Of a stretch of DNA of 40,825 nt, positions 34,376-40,825 are shown piece by piece. A model generated the notes under the pieces. It was not told the DNA's origin. It saw only the letters and a program-made list of their open reading frames with translations, and searched no databases. This DNA is from Octopus bimaculoides (Eukaryota), in the NCBI RefSeq assembly GCF_001194135.2, contig NC_068985.1, forward strand, positions 7,800,647 through 7,841,471. The letters run 5' to 3'. Each line of letters opens with the position of its first letter. The first letter of the stretch is position 1. The translations under genes were made by a program, and so were the position numbers.

Positions 34376-34664
34376 ACACACACGTGTATAAATATACATG
34401 TACATAATCACACAAAGGACGTCATTAGGTATTTGCAATGCACTCGAATTTTTTTTTTTCTTTTGTCTGGAAAAGCATTTGCACACATCACTAGAGGCTG
34501 TCTCCCTCTAATCACTTTGGTGCCGGTTTGAATTTGAAGCATCAATTAACTTTCTTTGTTATTATTTAATTGTGGAAGCATAGAGAGATTTGTAACTATT
34601 TTATGCATTTTTGTCTTTTTAATTTATGACAATAACAATAGAGATTTTAACAGTACCAGTGGCC

Positions 34665-34922
34665 TAGCTCTCCGTCGGTGACGACGACTATTGTTCCAGT
34701 CGATACGATCAACGAAATTGCCTGCTCATGAAATTAACGTGCAAGTGGATGTGCACTCCACAGACACGCATACCCTTGAAGTAGTTCTCAGGGAGATTCA
34801 GCGTAACACAGAAGGTGACGCGGCACAACTCGTTTTTGCCAGCTGAGTGGGCTGGAGCAACGTGAAATAGTCTTGCTCAAAGACACAACGCGCTGCTGGG
34901 AATGGAACACGACTTTACGATC
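34665..34922 (-). mobile_element. SINE sharing the family B 3' module but with a different middle (family B')
   Basis: 3' module GCCTGCTCATGAAATTAACGTGCAAGTGG...CACAGACACG..TACCCTT...GTAGTTCTC is shared with B; upstream TGTGTCTTTGAGCAAGAC.ATTTCACGTTGCTCCAG.CCACTCAGCTGGCAAAA is absent from B. Confidence 0.75.
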
Positions 34923-35191
34923 GTTTTTTTAACATAGTTTCGTGGATCTTCAACGCATTTAGTTCATTTTTACACAATCTTCTTAATATCTTCAGAAAAG
35001 AAGATATTTTCAGCTTAAAGTTACACCTCTAATGCATCGCTTTCTTTACTTTTTGGTCCGTGGCTAAGTAATAGCCACTAAAAAAGTCTGGGTGGAACAA
35101 GTCAGTGATAGTCCGAAGAAGAAAGGTTGGGACTTCATAGAAGGGGCTCCAATACATAAAATTTGAATGATTTCGATATTGCAAGCGACAA

Positions 35192-35635
35192 AGGCAGCGA
35201 GCTGGCAGAATCGTTAGCGCGCCGGGCAAAATGCTTAGTGGCATTTCGTCCGTCTTTATGCTTTTGAGTTCAAATTCCGATGAGGTCGACTTTGCCTTTC
35301 ATCCTTTCGGTGTCGATGAAATAAGTACCACTTGAGCTCTGACGTCGATGTAATCGACTTACCCTCCCCCGAAATTGCTGGCCTTGTGCCGAAATTTGAA
35401 ATCATTATTACGAGCAACAAAAGCAGCGAGTTGGCAGAATCGTTAGCACGCCGAACAAAATGCTTAGCGGCATTTCGTCTATCTGTACGTTTTGAGTTAA
35501 AATTCCGCCGAGGTCGACTTTGCTTTTCATCCTTTCTGATCGATAAAATAACTGCCTGTTGAGCGCTAGGGTCGATGTAATTGACTTACCCGCTTCCCCG
35601 AAATCGTTGGCCTTGTGCCGAAATTTGAAACCAAT
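35192..35635 (+). mobile_element. Two tandem SINE family A monomers (35192-35405 and 35421-35635)
   Basis: Each runs GCAGCGAG(C/T)TGGCAGAATCGTTAGC...GGCCTTGTGCCGAAATTTGAAA. Confidence 0.9.
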
Positions 35636-35889
35636 ATTACCAGTAACAATATAGTGACGATCATTGATGGGCTACAGCATAGCACCTTTCGACAATAGTT
35701 CTAGACGTTTATTAGAAATTGCAACCCTTAACTTATCCTGCAGCATCTCGCTGTAATAAGCTTGTGTGGCTAAGTCCTAATAATGTCCCAATATTGGTCC
35801 TTGCTAATCCAAAAGTAAGATAAAAATGTTCTGGCTTTAATTGAGTTTTGAACTCTTACCTGACTAGAGATTAAGAATATTTCTATTAC

Positions 35890-36392
35890 ATATGCAACCG
35901 TTTACTGTCCAGCTCGCATTATTGCATCACCAAAGATGTTTTTTTTTCTAAGCTGGTTTCCTCTTCGTCACAATAGCGATCGAAAGGTTGTAGGTAGACT
36001 TCATAATGATTTGATTCGTGAACAGCTGTAAATTGCTTTTGCGACCCATTTTGCACACATTTTAGAAATCATTTGTGGATGATTTCATAGTCAGAACTAT
36101 GACTAATTTGCATATAATTTGCTACCTCATCAATAATCGTCTATATTTCAACAGAATTGTTTCACAAACTCATTAAGTACGTTCGCCATAATCATATGGT
36201 GGGTGTGGTCGGGCAGTTGTACTTGTTCTTAATGCGTGACAGTTATACGACCTTTTTATTTTAATCTTCCAGTCCATTCCTTGGCAATCCATCACTTCAA
36301 GCCACTACTCTCATAAACATCTGGAAGTCTTTGATGGATGGACCATTGAGCGCTGCTCTTCTTTGAAATTAACAGAAGTTGGGAGCGACCAT
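35890..36392 (-). mobile_element. Highly decayed mariner transposase (N-terminal half)
   Basis: Minus-strand relics MVAP..FKEEQRSMV, IHQRL, GRITVTH, IDEVANYMQISHSSDYEIIH..CAKWV.KQFTAVH (WVPREL-type motif) and DRY..E....I.GD. Confidence 0.7.
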
Positions 36393-36567
36393 AGTTAATG
36401 TCATGGCAACGACAACGAGACTGATGTTTCAAATTCTAATATCCATCATGATGACTAAAGATGGTCACATCAAGTAACGCCAATAGGAAAAATTATATAT
36501 GCATTACCACACATTAATGACGTACTTTCGAGAACTTTTCTAATTCAAAACAATGATCTCACGAAGC

Positions 36568-36601
<34 letters not shown>

Positions 36602-37464
36602 NNNNNNNNNNNNNNNNNNNNNNNNNNNNNNNNNNNNNNNNNNNNNNNNNNNNNNNNNNNNNNNNNNNNNNNNNNNNNNNNNNNNNNNNNNNNNNNNNNN
36701 NNNNNNNNNNNNNNNNNNNNNNNNNNNNNNNNNNNNNNNNNNNNNNNNNNNNNNNNNNNNNNNNNNNNNNNNNNNNNNNNNNNNNNNNNNNNNNNNNNNN
36801 NNNNNNNNNNNNNNNNNNNNNNNNNNNNNNNNNNNNNNNNNNNNNNNNNNNNNNNNNNNNNNNNNNNNNNNNNNNNNNNNNNNNNNNNNNNNNNNNNNNN
36901 NNNNNNNNNNNNNNNNNNNNNNNNNNNNNNNNNNNNNNNNNNNNNNNNNNNNNNNNNNNNNNNNNNNNNNNNNNNNNNNNNNNNNNNNNNNNNNNNNNNN
37001 NNNNNNNNNNNNNNNNNNNNNNNNNNNNNNNNNNNNNNNNNNNNNNNNNNNNNNNNNNNNNNNNNNNNNNNNNNNNNNNNNNNNNNNNNNNNNNNNNNNN
37101 NNNNNNNNNNNNNNNNNNNNNNNNNNNNNNNNNNNNNNNNNNNNNNNNNNNNNNNNNNNNNNNNNNNNNNNNNNNNNNNNNNNNNNNNNNNNNNNNNNNN
37201 NNNNNNNNNNNNNNNNNNNNNNNNNNNNNNNNNNNNNNNNNNNNNNNNNNNNNNNNNNNNNNNNNNNNNNNNNNNNNNNNNNNNNNNNNNNNNNNNNNNN
37301 NNNNNNNNNNNNNNNNNNNNNNNNNNNNNNNNNNNNNNNNNNNNNNNNNNNNNNNNNNNNNNNNNNNNNNNNNNNNNNNNNNNNNNNNNNNNNNNNNNNN
37401 NNNNNNNNNNNNNNNNNNNNNNNNNNNNNNNNNNNNNNNNNNNNNNNNNNNNNNNNNNNNNNNN

Positions 37465-37954
37465 TTGTGGCGCTTCGATCCTCATTATGTCTTGTTTTTT
37501 TGTAGGGAGACCACAATGTAGGGAGACCATAAGTTCGATTGAAGCACCGTTCGATCATATGCTCCCTTAATGACTTTCTGGAGCATAGTCATCTGCAAAT
37601 ATTTTTATGGTGCTATGTTCAGTGGAATCTGCAATGTCATTGATATAGACAATAAAAAGAAGTGGACCCAGCACAGTACCCTGCGGGACTCCGCTGATGA
37701 CTTTTGCTGGTTTTCCACCAACTACAGTGTTGGGTAGTTTCCTTAACAGTATATGGTGGTCGACTGTGCCAAAGGCCTTGCTGAAATCAAGGTATATGAC
37801 ATCCGCGTTGGAGCCCTCAGTGCATTTAAGATATCATAAAAAGTGATGGAGGAGCTATATTAGACAGTCCCTTTCACCACGAAAGCCATGCTGGTTGCAA
37901 TTTAGGAAACGATTTTGCTCTAGGAAGGCTGTTATTCTTGATCTCAACACTCTC
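37465..37954 (-). mobile_element. CR1-clade LINE reverse-transcriptase relic with internal deletions
   Basis: NQHGFRGERDC, DVIYLDFSKAFGTVDHHILLRKL, SGVPQGTVLGPLLFIVYINDI, KIFADD, then LWSPYKKQDIMRIEAPQ; 16-bp tandem duplication at 37501-37532. Confidence 0.9.
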
Positions 37955-38048
37955 ATATACTTTGATGATATGTGAGGTGAGTGTTATTAGACGGTATATA
38001 CATACATATATATATAGATATATATACATATATATATANNNNNNNNNN

Positions 38049-38085
<37 letters not shown>

Positions 38086-38089
38086 TGAC

Positions 38090-38125
<36 letters not shown>

Positions 38126-39737
38126 GCATACATATATGGATATAAGGATATTTATTTATATATATATGAATGTATATATATATGTGTGCATGTATGTGTG
38201 CATACATACGTACACATGCATACATACATGCATACATGCATAAATACATACATACATACATGCATACATGCATAAATACATACATACATACATACATACA
38301 TACATACATACATACATACATACATACATACAAGTCCTGCTGTTGACTCCCGTGAGAATACCTGCCAATCATCGTAATAGGAGCTATAAATCAAAAGTGT
38401 TGTTAGTGACAAGGCACACCTACCTTTATATGAAATTTTGCGAGACTAAACCTGTTTGTCAACCTTAGATTTTACGATGCGTGAAAACGTTTATTGATTC
38501 GCTGACAATCATGTCTGTTGTGTGGTGCGTGACTTGGACTCGATTTGAGAAAACTCTTTGGAGGCATTCCTACCTTCCCCCTCACCCCCTTTGTGTGGTT
38601 CTTTTGTTCTCACACTCTCACTCCTGTGCTCTATCTCCACTCCCATTTGATCGATACACACACACACCCATAGGATGTGATATCTGGAAATGGTTGGACA
38701 GTTACGAAATAATTAATAGTACTGAGAGCGGTTGAAGGCGTTGCCAAGAAGTTGTCACATGGCATTAGACTGGTTAAACGTTTCGACAGCTATTCCCACC
38801 AACACCACCGCCACATCTCTTGTGAGTCATATTTAGAAAGCAAAATAAAGGAGAAATAGAGTGGCAACAGAATGGGAGAGAGAAAGAAAGAAGAGAATGC
38901 GAGCTAGGGGTGGAGGCTAGTGTGAAATCCTACAAAAAAAGTTGAGATCTGCAATGTGCAAAGCAAAAACGGATGAAAGGGACTGAACAATTGAAAGAAG
39001 ACTTTTCATTATTTGTTATGTGTTTGAGTATTTTATGTCCGAGCACGCATCGGATTGACTGGCCACAGCCGGGCAATCGTGTCCGTCTTCTTATCCCATG
39101 TAATGTCCTTGTTCATCGTCGACAACGACGGACGAACTAACTAACTATCTGATGTTTGTCGAATTCAGAGTGAATCGAGACTACATCATCGTTTTTATTC
39201 CCTGTTCAGAACCACTTTCTTTACGTCCCAAAAGCCTTCAAGAAAAATTTAAGAATCCTAATTTCCATTTAGCATCGCTCATGTATCAATAAAGCTAATA
39301 AAAGTGTTGATTCAGCTCAAGCCAACCTTGTCCCAGAAAACCTATAATAAAAGACGTTGGCAGTTATTGCCTTTAGTTTGATGCCCTTTCTTTGTTAACT
39401 GAAAAGGGTGTTATGTAAGGGAGAATTTAGTTTACTATTCCAAGCAGGTCTACTTATATCTTAAATGTCTCAATGTCCCTTCGTTGTCTCAATGTCTCCT
39501 CCCAGTTGTTGATTAGACTTGATCCACTCTGATTTAAGTACACTTTCGATCTTTATATCCATATTGAATACATCATGAGTTATAAAATCCAGTGGACCCT
39601 CTCATGGGATTTCAGTGAGATGAAGCTGCGATTTCTATCAGATTAAGTCACTGTGGATATCTTCCTCTCCCACCCCACCCCTACATACAGACGTGAACTT
39701 CAGAAACCACTAGTTGGCTGAGAATGACGAAAACAAT

Positions 39738-39821
<84 letters not shown>

Positions 39822-40371
39822 ACACAACAGATTCTAGAATTTACATATATAAACGCAACATTGATTTATGGCTTATACACAAGACTACAAATTTTGTGGC
39901 AGAGAATAACTGAGCTGTAGCAAAGTTTGTTGTTAACTGTCTATTTTCTTTCTTTTTTCTTTTAGGGAAAAAAAAATCACTTTTTTCAACCCTTTCTATT
40001 TTTGTCCTTTTCTGTGTTTGAAATGAGCGTTATTTGTAATTTGCTGGCAAAATTTTATTCCAAACCTTATTTATCAATAACTGAGTTGTAACCCTTTACC
40101 AATAGTAATTAAACTCTTCCAGAAATAGGCGGAACAATACTGTAAAAGTATTAACCATGATAAAGTTCGTGGCGTTGAGTATAGTTTCCATAGAATACGT
40201 TTAATATATGCTTTTAAATATATTAAATAATTGCTATTAGAGCTGTATTTCGAAGCAAGAGGGACAGAAGTCTTACAATATAAATTTTCTTATGATAGAA
40301 GAAATATTAGAGTTGTATGTGCCTGGCACGTGTTCACATATCTGTAATTTTTCAGATTAACACCCACACGA

Positions 40372-40543
40372 TTACCCAACCCTAATCCTAAACGTAATCC
40401 TAACACTAACCCTAACATTAACCCTAACCCTAAAACCCTAACCCTGACCCTAAAACCGTAACACTAATCCTAACCCTAACCCTAACCGTAACCGTAACCC
40501 TAAACCCTAACCCTGACCCTAAAACCCTAACCCTAACACCCTA
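40372..40543. repeat. Degenerate interstitial telomere-like (TAACCC)n array
   Basis: About 170 bp of CCCTAA with variants (CCCTGA, CCGTAA, CCTAAA, CACTAA) embedded in non-telomeric sequence. Confidence 0.9.
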
Positions 40544-40825
40544 GTGAAAATCGTGGTATATTTACAAAACATTGACGAACATTAGTTATATTTTACTGAA
40601 TGATTGTGGATGCGTTTGAGAGAGCGAGAGAGGAAGAAGTAGAGAGAGGGGGAGAAAGGAATAGAGGTAGTTAAAAATTTTCTTATGGTGGCTTCTCTTT
40701 ACTGCCTATTACTTCATTAGAAATCTACAGATGCACATAAGCACATAATAGAGAAAAATGAAACAAATATGCAGTTGTTTCCTTCAAAATTCTTACATGC
40801 TCGAAATGTACATACATCAAAGTAT

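Noticed and set aside
34925-35000. Minus-strand CTGAAGA...GAAAC-TAT-GTT hammerhead-like spacing
   Set aside because: Stem II cannot form and stem I is only U4/A4; likely chance. Similar isolated CTGATGA hits at about 2719, 8260, 18597 and 19859 also lack the rest of the motif.
35852-35870. Strong minus-strand donor CAG|GTAAGAG
   Set aside because: The upstream phase-0 frame hits a stop within about 15 codons and lies in the mariner relic; no credible exon

Overview
AT-rich, microsatellite-dense eukaryotic scaffold with 10 N-gaps. The repeat families point to an octopus/coleoid cephalopod genome (inference). There is no intact multi-exon gene and no CRISPR, rRNA or bona fide tRNA. Most long ORFs in the track are microsatellite or N-gap artefacts. 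The window is mainly intronic or intergenic DNA packed with mobile-element relics: RTE, CR1 and L1/Tx1 LINE fragments, a Gypsy integrase relic containing a 46-bp minisatellite, three different mariner relics, and many tRNA-headed SINEs of at least three families, including a TSD-flanked dimer. A well-supported minus-strand coding exon lies at 412-572, with two weaker frame-compatible micro-exons 18-20 kb upstream. The most interesting signal is a set of Penelope-like element (PLE) ends carrying type I hammerhead ribozyme motifs. One is a complete motif at 3937-4025 with a long stem II. Three copies at 15.4-16.3 kb belong to a second family. Overlapping fragments of that family suggest the order GIY-YIG C-terminus, tRNA-like Pol III promoter, (AAT)n, hammerhead, which would be a possible Pol III-transcribed, ribozyme-terminated small retro-RNA. 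Several near-perfect foldback hairpins and one pre-miRNA-like hairpin (19459-19570) are also present.
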